Shown here: piece after piece, positions 13,453 to 26,249 of the stretch | Layout: the number at the start of each line of letters is the position of its first letter | Position numbering within the stretch: position 1 is the first letter of the stretch | Assembly: GCF_009914755.1 (NCBI RefSeq) | Contig: NC_060937.1 | From: the human T2T-CHM13v2.0 reference genome, Homo sapiens | DNA: 64,000 bases | Reading direction: 5' to 3' (one strand) | Position numbers and translations under genes: made by a program | The notes under the pieces: generated by a model | What the model was told of the DNA's origin: nothing | What the model saw: only the letters and a program-made list of their open reading frames with translations | Database searches by the model: none

Positions 13453-13647
13453 GCCGGGTGCAGTGGCTTATGCCTATAATCCTGGTGCTTTGGGAGGCCA
13501 AGGATAAGGATCACTTGAGACCAGGAGTTTGAGACCTGCCTAGGTAACCTAGTAAGACCTTGTCTCTACAAAAATTAAAAACTTTTAAAAATTAGGCTCC
13601 TGTGTGCCTGTAGTCCCAGCTACTTAGGAGGCAGGGGCGGGAGGAAC
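13453..13647 (+). mobile_element. 3'-truncated AluJ
   Basis: gccgggtgcagtggcttatgcctataatcc left arm, A-rich linker, right arm stops after gggaggaac. Confidence 0.9.
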
Positions 13648-15239
13648 AATTCTCCTTGTCAAAAATAAGCAGTCCTCTTCCCAACCACACCCTACCTTCA
13701 TCTGGAGGTTTTCAAGGCCTCTAGTATTAAAAGCTATGTAATGCAGCCCTACCTGGCATTCTCTGCAGAAAATTTAAGAGAAGCAGAAAGATGCAGGCTG
13801 TGATGAATCACCTCACCCTAACTTTCAGCTCAGCGAAACCAGGTTTCTCTTGCCCCAGGCAAGATGGTCTCCCTTCATCAGTACACTTCAGACTGAGGAA
13901 CTACTGAGAATACGGGGAGGTGCATTGAATAACAGCAGGAAAATACTGAATGCGTAATTATGGAAAGGTTAAGTGAACCTCCCTGTCTTTCTCTCTCTTT
14001 TTTTTGTTCTTCCCACCCTCAATGCTATAAAAGGTTGCATTTGGACCTAAAAAGTGCTCCCACGCCTTCAAACACAGTATGCTAAAGAGGCATTTGTTTC
14101 ATCCACGAAGAACCCGGGCTCCGTGGAAAGGTTGCTCCCGTGACCACTCAACCTCTATTTGAACAGAATCTTCAATGGCCAGAAACTCAGAAGTACCTAG
14201 AGTAATTGGGGCTGCAAGGAAAACGATGATGAAACAAAATGCATTCAAAGCTCTCAGCTGCCTTTCGAAGAAGATGAACGTAGTTTTAAATGGAGGCTTT
14301 CTTATTTCCTTGCTAGTGTGGGTCAGCAAGGGATTACGCCAGCAAGATCCTTAAAGTCACTGGAGGTGCTTTTGGGAAAGAAAAGACGTCTGCTCACCCC
14401 CACTCCTTAGGGGATTTAGTTTAAGCCTTAGAAGGCATTTGTTTCTCTTGCTTCAAATATCGTTGTCTTCATTTTTTAAAAATCCTTTGAAAACGATGGT
14501 CTTGATTTGGCTTGTTTGACAATGTTCTTTTTCCATTTACTTTGCTACTTAAGGGATTGGGAGAGGCAGCTGTTCTGATGAGCATTAGAAGAAAACCTTT
14601 TCCCCAAATAGAAGAAACCAAGAAAGAAAAATAGTTAGGACTTCTTGACATTCTATGTTGTGATTGTTACATGTTTGCAACTCGAAGAGGGACCTGCCCT
14701 ATAAATATTTGTAGCTTATTTATACCCAGAATATACCGCCAAACTGTATAAAAGAGGTAATAACATGTAGGGAATGAGGTGACCGGTAATATTTGCTCCA
14801 CTGATTGGCGTTTAGAAAGAAAGCAGGATTAAAAGCAGGAGGAGACAGAAGTTCAGGCCTGAAGCAATGCATTTTTATCAGTGACGGATATCAAATTTTA
14901 CCTTTGGGCTGGGATTTGCACCTTACTAAATCCATATAAACCTTCTCTCAGAAGCCCGAACTCAGTTTGTATTTCAACTCCACAGCTGGATGGATGGCAA
15001 GGAAACAGATAATATTCTGTCTGTAAATTTACTGTTTTTCACTCGGGAGGTGGAAAAAATTTTGTTTTTTTCCAAGAGAGGGATAATAATTCCTGGGGAC
15101 CTGAAATACAGACTTTATTGCAGTCTGATAAATGTTCTTCACTTTTCTGGTCTGGAACCGCAAGATCCCATTTGCCTTTTTACGTATGTTTTAAAAATCA
15201 CACACTTGTCTTCAGGAGAGTTAAAAGTTATGTGTATTG

Positions 15240-15445
15240 GGTACGTACTGTACCACTTCGCATGTTGTACACATCATACATCTCACATTGAATCTTCTCA
15301 ACAATCCTGATATTTATTATATTTTATAGATTTTATAAATGAGAACATTTAGAGTCAGAGAAGTTAATTAGCTTATCTCTGCTAGAATGCAGAGGCTAGA
15401 AAGCAATCGTAAGTTGGTCTGATGGCCTGATTCACGCTCATCTTC
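15240..15445. mobile_element. MIR fragment
   Basis: tctcacattgaatcttctcaacaatcctg...ttttataaatgagaacattta...agagaagttaa. Confidence 0.6.
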
Positions 15446-15673
15446 CCAAACACAGAGTTCAAAGTCAACCATGAAGTATGATTTGAGAATCTCCAAGTTT
15501 TTCTCTTCTGGAATACCTGCGCTGTGCTTTCTTCTTAATAGTGTTCCCAGGCAGGCCCAAGCTGCTCTGTCAAGGGACCAGAAACTTCTCTCAGCTCTAT
15601 CTTTCCCTCTGCGTTTAGATGAGACCTGCTTTCTTCTCCCGCTGGTGATGATCTGGGCTTCTGTGGGTGACCA

Positions 15674-15687
15674 ACTCCAGGGGGCGC
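15674..15687 (+). promoter_or_regulatory. Candidate CTCF binding site
   Basis: ACTCCAGGGGGCGC matches 12/14 positions of the CTCF core CCACCAGGGGGCGC, with retained CpGs (gcgccgcgc). Confidence 0.5.
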
Positions 15688-16434
15688 CGCGCACACAGCC
15701 TAAGGCAGCCTTGGTGGGGACAGTAAATCCTCCTTAGGCTTTTCTTTTAAATGGTTCCAATTTGTTGTTGTGATTGTGTCTTACCGATGTCATATTTGAA
15801 GCCACTTTGTCACATGGCCTTTTGCCTCCTCTTCAGGGTTATCAGTAATCTAATACTGTAATTCACCTCTTGGAAGGGAATGTAATGTGTATCAGGAGCT
15901 CCTGTTATAAAAAGGAAAATTCACCAATGGGGCAATGTGGTGGAGGAAGGAGGTTGTCTTTCACAGCTGGAAGAATTTTTTGTTTTTTCTGACTCTTTTC
16001 AGTATTTTTCTGTCTCCCTAGTGACATTGGCCAAGTCACTCATGCCCTTGCAAGCTTTTTCCCCCTACATTTGTTCTGCCTATTCCCAGGCTTGTTTTGA
16101 GAACTAAACAAGATAATAGGTGCGTACAGATTCTGAAAACTAAAAGACACTCAAAAAACTCTTATATTTGGTGTTCATATTTATATTTCAGAAGCATAGC
16201 TCTGATCATATCATTTTTCCGCTTTCAGACCTTAAGGATTCCTATTACCTGCAAAATACATGTAATGTTTGAACCTCATATCTGGTAGCCTGCTTCCTCT
16301 GGTCCCCTTATTTCCGATTGCTTCCTTTTATTCATCTGCTGTTCCACTCACTCCAAGCTATTGAGTGATCCTTCTACTTATCCTGAGATTTCCTACCTCA
16401 GTGCCTTTGTTCATGCTGTTTTCTTCCTCAAAAG

Positions 16435-16633
16435 CAGCACTATTCAGTAGAATTTTCTGTAATGATAAAACTGATATGCACTCTCCAATATAGTAGCCAC
16501 TAGCCACACATGGCTATCAAGTACTTGAGTATTGGCTAGTGTGACTGAAGAGGTGAATTTTTCATTCCACTTTAACCAATTTAAATTTAAATGTCCACAT
16601 GGATAGTGGCTACCATGTTGCACACCACCACAG
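16435..16633. mobile_element. MER3 hAT-Charlie element within an L2 remnant
   Basis: ctccaatatagtagccactagccacacatggctatcaagtacttga...ggctagtgtgactgaagag. Confidence 0.8.
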
Positions 16634-17599
16634 GCCTAGAATATTGTTCTTCGCTATCATTTTATGTTCAAATAATACCCATTTATCATTATCCAGTACA
16701 TAGGTCAGGTTATCCTAAAAGCCTCCATTTGTGCCCTTCCTTGGACATCTTTCTCATCATCTTCTCTTTAACTCTATCTTGGCATTGGTTTTGTAAGTTG
16801 CATTTTGGATTTGCTTATATCTCATCTTCCCTATTAGGTGATAGATTCCTTCTGGTGGAATTTGATCTAGTTTAGCATTCCTACAACGTTGACACACACA
16901 AAACATTTGGGGAGAGACAGACTATCATTGCCTGTCCCAAGTGACAGTCACTCCATCACTCATTTACTCAATCAGCCCTGCCACTTGTCTCCACTGGGTG
17001 CTGTCAGGCCCATGTGAAATCAGAGAGTTCAGACAATTAACCAAGGAGTTGCTGGGACACCGGATCTTCAGCCCACTGACACATCCTTTTGTTTTCCTAA
17101 TGGTAGGTTGTTTGTACTTAAAATGAGCCTACACTCTGTGAGCTCCTTGTAACAAATATTTCTGAAGACTAGTCCCCTGTTTTCTAGGCACAGGGGATGG
17201 AGAGAAACAGAAAACCACTCGGCTTTGGAAGAGCTCCCAGCATCTCAAAGAGAGGGAGAAGAGAGGCAACTCGGAACCTCACCTGCAAAACAAGGGTGGG
17301 TGGTATAACCCGCCCTGTCCCTCTGCCTCCCCAAACAAGAAAATCTCTTCCAGTCCTTTGAGGCGAGCCACTCTCTCCAGGAGCTTCGGTCTGGAGCCAC
17401 ATCAACCTAGGAGGAAGGGAAGATGACAAGCCCAGCGTGTAAATGTCCTTTCTTCCTAGCAACAACATTTGAAAGCATAGACCTTAGTCAGATGGGACAC
17501 ATTTGGCAAATGTTCAGGCGTGCAGCATTTCAATTGATGAAATTTCTTTGTGGAACCCTGTTCCCAAGGGCAGGGAAAATTGGAGAGTGAACAATTAGA

Positions 17600-17860
17600 T
17601 GCTGGCGCGGCCCGGAGAGGCTCGCGGATGCCTGGCCGCGCGCCTCCGCGGGACGTCAGCGCCCGCGGCACGATCTGCTGCTGTCACTATCAGTATCCGG
17701 CAGGAGCCCGCCCGCCCCGGCCCGGCCCCAGGCCGTGGAGGAGGGGGGAGGGTGCGGCGCAGGAAGCTGAAGATAAGTCTCCAAATCGGGCTAAGCTGGG
17801 AGTGGGGACAGCGAGGGGGAGGGCCGGGAAGCAATGAAGTCAGAGGCACAGCAGCGACTG
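17600..17860. promoter_or_regulatory. Small CpG island / GC-box promoter- or enhancer-like element
   Basis: Abrupt GC-rich, CpG-dense non-repeat block with GACGTCA (CRE-like) at ~17652, tandem CCCGCCC GC boxes at ~17708-17718 and GATAAG at ~17772. Confidence 0.7.
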
Positions 17861-20150
17861 CAGCTGAATCAATTTGGAGATAAAAATAGTGCCTTGCCGC
17901 CCCTGCCTCTGCAGTGATTTCATAAAGGTCTCAGCTGCGTTGGAGAGAAAGCCAGCATGTGTGTCCCTACCCCCTTTTCCAAACTGGTGAGATGAGCAAA
18001 ACAGCAGCGACAAGGAGAGCCCAAATGCTCTTCTTCATCTTCTCCCTCTGTCTCTTTGTTTTCCTATCTCCCACTCTCTCTCCCAAAGACCCCAGAAGCG
18101 CCCCTTGCTTCACCTGTTCCTCTTAATGGGATAATTAAAGATTAGGACAAAGAGATGAGACCTTCACAAGCTGAAAGAGATAGAGATTCTAGACAGTCAT
18201 AATGAATCCAGATGGCACTTTCCCCTGACTTTCAACCCCTGAGACGTCAACTAGATGACTGACCACTCCAAAGCCTGAAGGTTAAACACCCTGCAAGAAT
18301 GGGTCCCAATAAGTCAGACCAACCTCCTATTTCCATATGGGAACATCTCTTCCTGAACCTTAAGAGAAAACAAAACCTGGGATGGCCAATTAGTGTGACT
18401 GTCCCAGGAGACACAGATTTAGGGCTCAGTTTCTGTGACGGATGCGAGAAACCTCGAATTGGATCTGAAAAGGACATGAAGTGAATAGAGCTTTGGCACT
18501 TCACAGAGTGATTATCCCTGCAGTGCAAGGAGGTAACCTTTCTGCTTGTACATCCTGACATTTGCATGGAGGCAAATGCATCACTGGTAATTGCACCTGA
18601 GTGTCAAAGCTACTTGATGTGTGTGTTCCGACCAAGGTATGAATGAGAACTTTAGCGCTAGGGAATGGGAGGCAAAGAAAAAGTGCAGACAAATTATGGG
18701 AGAAGAGATAATGGAATTGGCCATTAAAAATTAACAGCTTGGATTGATGTTTCTTTCACACTCCTGCAAAAGGAATAGGTTCAGATTAAATAATACACTG
18801 CTTGTGAAAGTGCCTAAACTAGTGTCTCTCTCTAAAAAATGCTACTTAGTAAATACTGTCCTAGATGCTTTCAAAATGAATATGCTTATACTCGCTCAAG
18901 AGGAAACATAAAACTAGGACTATTTCATTGAAGCCAAGAAAATCAATTTTGTAGTGTATAGGCAAAATGTTCAAAATAGAACCCATACATCTTCTGACTT
19001 TAGCCATAGACCTTCAATTCAGTAGGTATTAAATACAGGACGTGGAAGCATAATAAAAACATATGACCCAAAGGTCTCTTAAACTGTGGGGCCCAAAGTG
19101 AACATCTTGTTGTTGGTTTCACATACAACTCTGAAATAATTTCGTTCTCTCAAAGGAAGAAATAGTTCCTGTTAGAGAATGAAAATAATGTTGCCAAACT
19201 CTCCAATTTGGCAAATATAGCAAACTATTATCAGCCACATTAGGGATCTGGCTTTCTCATGGGGACCTATTGTTTACAGAAATATCTCAGCTGAGAAATA
19301 AGCAAACATTCCCCCTGAACTACTGTGATACAATTCATATGGCCTTTCAAGGATATTTACAACCACTGAGAGGAAATCCATGGAAAATTTAGAATCACTA
19401 CAAAGGTCCCTTTTGGTGCTTCTGAAAATTTTGATGCCTTTTTGAATATCCTGATGACTATTTTCCCACTGATGAACAAAGACATCTGAAGCAAAGCCAG
19501 TTTATGCTGTGCTGGGTTCCTACTACAAATTAGTGAAAACAGAGCATGCTTAGGATGAACGGTGTGTACTTGATAAAAATACATTACGATTTTAAATACA
19601 ACTGAACTGTGTTTATTTTCTTATAAAAGCATATTTTTAAATCTGAAATACTTTTTGTAATTCAATCAAACAATCTTAATCTTGTGAGTATTTGAAACAC
19701 CACTGACAATTTTACAGACCATCTTAGGAACACACTGGGATTTCCTGCTTCTGGTTGGATTAGGAGAGGGCCAAAGCTACTTGACTTGCAAAGTGCTGGT
19801 CTGTGTCTAACTATGGTAGAGAAGGCTGTGATGTGTCAAAGGATTCAATAAGAGTAGCAAAGTTGTGTTGGTCCTTGTTAAAATTTAGTCCAGTTCTAAG
19901 CTTGGGAAATAAAATGCAAGATTTTTTTTTTTTAATAGTTCCTATCATTAGCCAGGACCTTCACCATACTGGCTATGTAATGATAAAAATGCCCAGTTTA
20001 CCTGGCAGAGGTTAGGAGTGAAAAGAGCTACAGACAACAGTGAAGGACAGAAGTACACCAGACATCTGTTTCCAGCACTATGGCAGGAGGGGATAAAGTG
20101 GACTGCCCTACCTCCTGTAATCTCTAACATGTAGATATGTTGTATAATAT

Positions 20151-20195
<45 letters not shown>
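20151..20195. repeat. (TCTA)11 tetranucleotide microsatellite
   Basis: Perfect TCTA repeat read directly. Confidence 0.97.
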
Positions 20196-20569
20196 GAAAG
20201 GAATAATGGGAATCTTCAGATGCAAAGAGGAAACTCAAAGCTTGAGAAGTCTGCATACGAGCCTACACTGGGGCAGCTTTGGGGTGATGTAAGTTTCAGT
20301 CACAAGCCCAATGCCGAGGCCTGAAATTTCATTGCCCATGCAGGGTCAAAGGCATGACAAGGAACTTGTGCAAGGAAAGGGGGTAGAAATGATGTTCTTG
20401 CATAAGGCCAGGACTTAGGAAGGGTTGCCTACTCCATGAAAGGAGGATTAGAGAAATCCTTCCCTCTGGACCAAGGAAGACATGTGGAGTGTGTGAGATG
20501 TTGAAACAACACTGCTCATTACAAGTGTCCAAAGCCAGCCTGTACATTACTCACAACCTATGTGGGGTG

Positions 20570-20925
20570 TAATATGGTTTGGCTCTGTGTCTCCATCCAA
20601 ATCTCATCTTGAATTATACTCCCATAATTTCCACATGTTGTGGGAGGGACCTGATGGGAGATAATTTGAATCATGGGGGCGGTTTTCCCCATACTGTCCT
20701 AGTGGTAGTGAATACGTCTCACGAGATCTGATGGTTTTATCAGGGGTTTTTGCTTTTTCATTTTCCTCATTTTGTCTTGCTGCCACCATGTTAAGAAGTG
20801 CCTTTTGCCTCCCACCATGATTCTGAGGCCTCCCCAGCCATGGGGAACTATAAGTACAATTAAACCTCTTTTTCTTCCCAGTCTCAGATATGTCTTTATC
20901 AGCAGCGTGCAAATGGACTAATACA
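20570..20925 (+). mobile_element. THE1 (THE1B-like) solo LTR
   Basis: taatatggtttggctctgtgtc...cagcagcgtgcaaatggactaataca; near-TSD gggtg/aggtg. Confidence 0.92.
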
Positions 20926-22362
20926 AGGTGGGACTCCAGATTTGTGAAATTAACACACAAAAAAGACCTTTGGTTGATAATTCCCCTAATGGAGTATAAA
21001 AGAAAACATAAATCTGTAGGGATGCTATGGCAAATATTTTTCTGTGGGACTTTCTTGGAAAATGCAACTGTGTGAAATAAGAATAGACCATGGCATCAAG
21101 TCAGAAAACACATAAAACAAACTAAGAGTGCTAGAGAAAATAGAAAAATCTGAAAATCATGAACCTAACTATATTTTTAAAATTTTTAAGAAGAAAAAAC
21201 GTAGAACATGTGTAATGAACAGATCACCATGAAAAATAAATAGAATATTTTAAAGAGATTTTCTATTAATGAAAAATGATATTGAAATGACACAGCTGAA
21301 ATGAAAAATTTGTGAATTGGAAAATAGACCTGAACAATTAACTAGAATTTAGTACATAAAGAAATGTGACAAATGATATGTCAGAAAGCCTGCAGGATGG
21401 AATAAGAATAACCAAAAGTGGAATTCTAAAAGGAGAACAGAGAGAAAATGTGGTAAAAGAGTATGCTCAGCTCGCATAATGGCAAGAAATTTCTTAGAAT
21501 TAGTGAAAGATATGAATCAACATATTGATAAAGCCCTCTTAATTCTGAGAAAGATAAATTAAACCAAGTCTATATCTAGACTCAGTAAATCTTCAAATAA
21601 CAAAAAGTGATAAAAAAATCTTATAAACAACTCCTATACCCCCACCTTCCATCCAAAATTATATACTACTAAACATTTGTCAGACAATATAAGAAAAGAA
21701 CATTGTAGACCAATCCCGTTTATGATCATAGATAAAAAAAATAGCACATCAAATATACTAAACCATGTTCTTAATGAGTGAAAAATAGTTTAATTTCAAT
21801 ATATCGATATATTCATATGAGACAATATTAACTGAGTTCATACAAACCAAAATGATAAATAAATGTAGAAAAATATGTAAAAAACTCAATCCCAATTCAT
21901 GATGCTAATTTTTAGCAGTCTGTTGAAACAAAAACCTTCCTTAACCTTACAAATGGTATCTGCCACTGCATTGAAAGGAACATCATATTTAATGGCGAGA
22001 GGTTAGAAGCATTCTCTAGGGTCAGGGCTAGTACAAGGATATCTGTTTTTACTCCTACTATTCAACATTTTATTAAAGGGTTCAGACAATGTAATATGAC
22101 AGAAAAAGAAAGAAATTTTTTTAAAGGTAGGGGTATAAGAATTATAAAGGATGAAATAAAATTAAATTTTGTTTCAAGTGATATGATTATTTATAAATAA
22201 AATTAATTTTAAAAAATTGGAATCAGCACTACTAGTGTTCTGAAAATTTGCAGAATTAAATCTCAAAACAGAAATTTTGATACTTAGCATTTTTATGTAA
22301 CAGCAACAACCAATTAGAGAATATAATGGTCTCATCCTCAATAGTAACAACAACATCTAAGG

Positions 22363-22583
22363 CAGGGGTGTCCAGTCTTTTGGCTTCCCTGGGCCACACT
22401 GGAAGAAGAAGAATTGTCTTGGGCCACACATGAAATACACTAATACTAACGATAGCTGATGAGCTAAAAAAGAAAATCACAAAAAAAGCTCATATTGTTT
22501 TAAGCTTTACAAATTTGTGTTGGGCCACATTCAAAGCCATCCTGGGCCACATGGGCCTGCAGGCCACGGGTTGGACAAGCTTG
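22363..22583 (+). mobile_element. MER30 hAT-Charlie element
   Basis: caggggtgtccagtcttttggcttccctgggccacactggaagaagaagaattgtcttggg...gggttggacaagcttg; 8-bp near-TSD atctaagg/agctaagg. Confidence 0.92.
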
Positions 22584-23750
22584 AGCTAAGGTATTTAGTA
22601 ATAAATCTGCTTGATCTGGGGTATTCAGGAATAAATCTTACAAAACACATCCAAAATCTCTATGGAAAAAGTTCTCAAACTTGAGAGGTAAATGAGGGGT
22701 ATACGCATATACATATATACACACACATGCATGTATACATATAAATATACATATATACACACATGCATATCTGTGCACACACACTACATCCATGAATGGA
22801 TGGGAAGAGTCAATATTAGGGAAGTCAGTTCCAGATTTAATCTAAGGATTTAATGTACTTCTGATAAAAAATCCAAAAAATGCTTATGTTTGAAAAATTT
22901 AGCCAGCTTATTCTAAAATTCACATGAAAAAAATAAATGGCCAAAAATAATAAAAAACAACTTAAGGAAGAATAAAATGGAAGCATTCTTATTAGGAGAA
23001 CCCTATACAGCTAGAATAATTCATGCTTTCTGATATTGGTCTAGTGTCAGACAAATAAAAGTAGAATAAAATGTGGGGCAAAGAAACAGACTAATGCACA
23101 TAAGAAACTTGTGAAATGACAAATTTGGCAATACAATTTAATGAGAAATGTATAGGCCATTCATGGAAAGCTTTGGGGACAATTGGCTATCCATATGGAA
23201 GATAATTACATTATATCAACATACCATAAACAAAAATAAATTCCAGATGCATAAAATACACGAGGAAAAAAATTTAATGTAGAAAAAATAGGAGAGGAAT
23301 TTAATGATATGGAGAATGAAAATATTTCCTAAGCAAGCTAAAATACATCAATATTGATAAATGACTTCATTTAAAATTTTGCACAACAAAAGCTTCCATA
23401 ATAATTTTTTAAAAGCCACAAACTATGGAGAGATATTTTCAACATTCATCATTAATACAGTATTAGTTTTCAGGACATATACAAAATTCCTACAAATCAA
23501 TTAGATCAACAATTCAATAAGATATGAGTAATGAAGATGAACAGAAAATTCCCTGAGGAAGAGATCTAAGTGGCCAATGTAAATGTGAAAAATGCTATAC
23601 TTCTACTAATCAGGAAATTCAAATTAAGATTATCATGATTTTTCATTTCACTCTCATCCAATTGTCAAAAATGAACAAATATGTTAATATCAAGTATTGG
23701 CAAGGATGAAACAGGAATTCTCATAAGTGGGTATGTGAATTGGAAAACCA

Positions 23751-24199
23751 TCATATTGGTCCCAGCAGGAAACAGATGTCACACTTCAAAGAAGTAATTG
23801 AAGAGAGTTTAATGACTAGACTATTTACAAAGCTGAGAGTAAGGGATAAGGGTTGACAAGGGATATTGGAGCACCATAGGTTTAGTAATTGCAGGAAGCT
23901 GTTACTACCTTTAGACCTGAAGGATGATGACACAGACAGCTGTCCTTATTAGAAATAGCCATCCAGCTGAAACTGTGATCCTTATAGAAGACTTCCGAGA
24001 CTGATAAACTACATCCCACCAGGTAGGGACCTTACTACTCTCCAACTTCTGCCCTCTAATATCTACTCCCATTGGCCAAACCCAACAGAAACTTAAAGTG
24101 ATGGGAACCAAGTTCATAAAGGTTAGTCTCTGGGGTTGCAGAGCAGTGTGGAAAAGGATGGACATTGTCACAAAGGACAGATGACAAATATCCAGCACA
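23751..24199 (-). mobile_element. LTR33-like ERVL solo LTR
   Basis: Reverse complement starts TGTGCTGGATATT; contains cccattggccaaacccaac; flanked by duplicated acca in L1 sequence. Confidence 0.65.
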
Positions 24200-24759
24200 A
24201 CCACTTTGAAGAGAAATGTGGTAATACTTAATAGCCATGAATATATGCATATCCTATAACCATTTCTAGGGTGAAATGGTTCCAACACACTCAAGAGACT
24301 TACACACAGACAAGAAAGTGTGAACATTCTTGCACCTTGAAACATTGTTTGTAATAGCAAAGAACTTTGCAACAACCTAAATGTCCATTAATAGAAAATT
24401 GCATACATATCATGTATCTATACCATGAACTACTGTATAGTAATAACTATGAGTGAACTAGAGTTACATTGAAACATAGATAAATCTAAAAATAATGCTG
24501 TTACATGAATAAAGCAAATTGTAAAAGGCTACATCCAAAATTATATGATTTAGATATATTTTTTCTAAAACAATGCTACTTTTTCACAGAAGCATGCTTG
24601 TGTAGTAACAGAATAAACTCCCTTGTAAGAAGAAAACACCTCAACTTGAGGATAGTGGTTATCTCTGAAAAGAGAATGGAAGCAGAACCACATAGAGGAA
24701 TTTTCTTCATTTGCATCTATAATGTGGTAGTTTTTGCCTTTTTGTTTTAAATAAAGAGA

Positions 24760-25445
24760 TTTGACAAACTGCTATAAACCTTCAAACATAAGTTTATGTA
24801 TAGACGGTTTTTCAGTTGTCAGGAGTGGGATTGCTGGGTCTGACGATAAGCTTCGCTTCATAAAAATAATGAAAATTTTCAAAGTGACTGCACAATTTTA
24901 CATTCCCACCAGCCTTGTTACAGTTGCTCCATATTCATGCAAACTTGGTATTGTCAGATTTTTAAAATTTAGCCATTCTATCACTAGTAGAATGGATTTT
25001 GTGATATCTCTTTGTGATTTCAATAGGTATTTGCCTAATGCCTAATGATGCTAAATATCTTTTCATTTATTGTTTATATATCTTCTTTGGAAAAGTGTTT
25101 ATTAGAATCATTTGAAAATATTTTTTCATGGGTTATCTAAGTGAGTTATAAGAATTTTTTTTAGGTATAAAACAGACAAATATTTTGTAAAACTTTTCTT
25201 CCAGTTTATGACTTGCCATCTCATTTAAAGCAGATTAGTGGTTGCCAGGAGCTAGGATAAATGAGAAGGAATTGACTGCAAAGGGAAAGGAGGGAATATT
25301 TGGAATGATACAAGTAGTCTATATAACGATTGTGCTGGTCTTTATATGACAGTATATATTTGTCAGAATGTACCTAAATTTATACTTAAAATTGATTAAT
25401 GTAATTATATAAAAATTATACAGTAACAAGTTCACTTAAATTAAG
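24760..25445. mobile_element. Old L1M pieces in opposite orientations (minus ~24760-25225, plus 3' end ~25226-25445)
   Basis: aggagtgggattgctgggtc and ttttacattcccacca on minus; cagattagtggttgccaggagct on plus. Confidence 0.65.
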
Positions 25446-26249
25446 ATTTTAATTATGATAGCATGAGTTTTTTTTATCAGTAGATGCATTAGTACTTTAC
25501 TGACTTTTACATTTTTATGTTTGAATTATTTTGTAATTTAAAATTATGGGGAATTTCTAGTTCTAACTTTGTAAATCTGGCTTCTTTAATGAACCACTGA
25601 TTGAATGGGACAGTAATCTGGAGTATTACTAGTGAAAATGATTAAAATGAAACACAGACCCATTTCTTCTATGCCCACAAACTTGATTGTTCTATTCAGA
25701 TGCAGGAATCTACAAGTTTCTGTACATACATTTATCAATCAATAGCACATGAGCTAAGAGTGCAGTTGTGCTCTGTTGGGGATGGCAGATACAAAGTGTT
25801 GTGCATAAAGTACTACAGAAACCTTCCCAGACATTTCCACTTAGTGAGAACATTTTGGGCTCCATAGCTGCTTTGGCTGGAAAAGTTCTTTAAACATTAT
25901 TAAATTGGCCATCTGATTTGGAAAGAGAAAAGAATACCATTCCACTTGCTTTGCTGGGAATACAGAGTGAAGCGGGGAAGGGGAGCAGGGGAGCAGGGGA
26001 GCAGGGGTAGAACAGCACAAGGACCAGGACTCTTCCCTCTGTTGCAGAGTTTCCCACACCTACTTGGTAAGAGTATGAGTATAAATACCATCTCTTACGG
26101 GTGCCATAATCACCTATGAGCCTCTTACAACTACAGACGCTTGGGTGGGACCTGGTGGAATCTGAGTATCTAAATGTACAATTATAAATTTATAGTTTCT
26201 TCTTCATTTCTTTTTAATGATCTCAAGAGGTGATTATTATACACACCAA

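Larger units (their letters stand above)
21090..24750 (+). mobile_element. Fragmented old L1ME-like element (ORF1/ORF2/3' UTR remnants), interrupted by MER30 and an LTR33-like LTR
   Basis: A-rich L1 ORF2-like phrases: ctactattcaacatt, aaacaaaaataaattccagatg, caacctaaatgtccattaatag. Confidence 0.75.

Noticed and set aside
17456-17883. Arg/Gly/Pro-rich ORFs over the CpG island
   Set aside because: Expected from stop-codon scarcity in GC-rich DNA; open on both strands with no recognisable protein.
23911-24375. 154-aa minus-strand ORF
   Set aside because: It runs across an L1/LTR33-like junction, so it is a chance frame.
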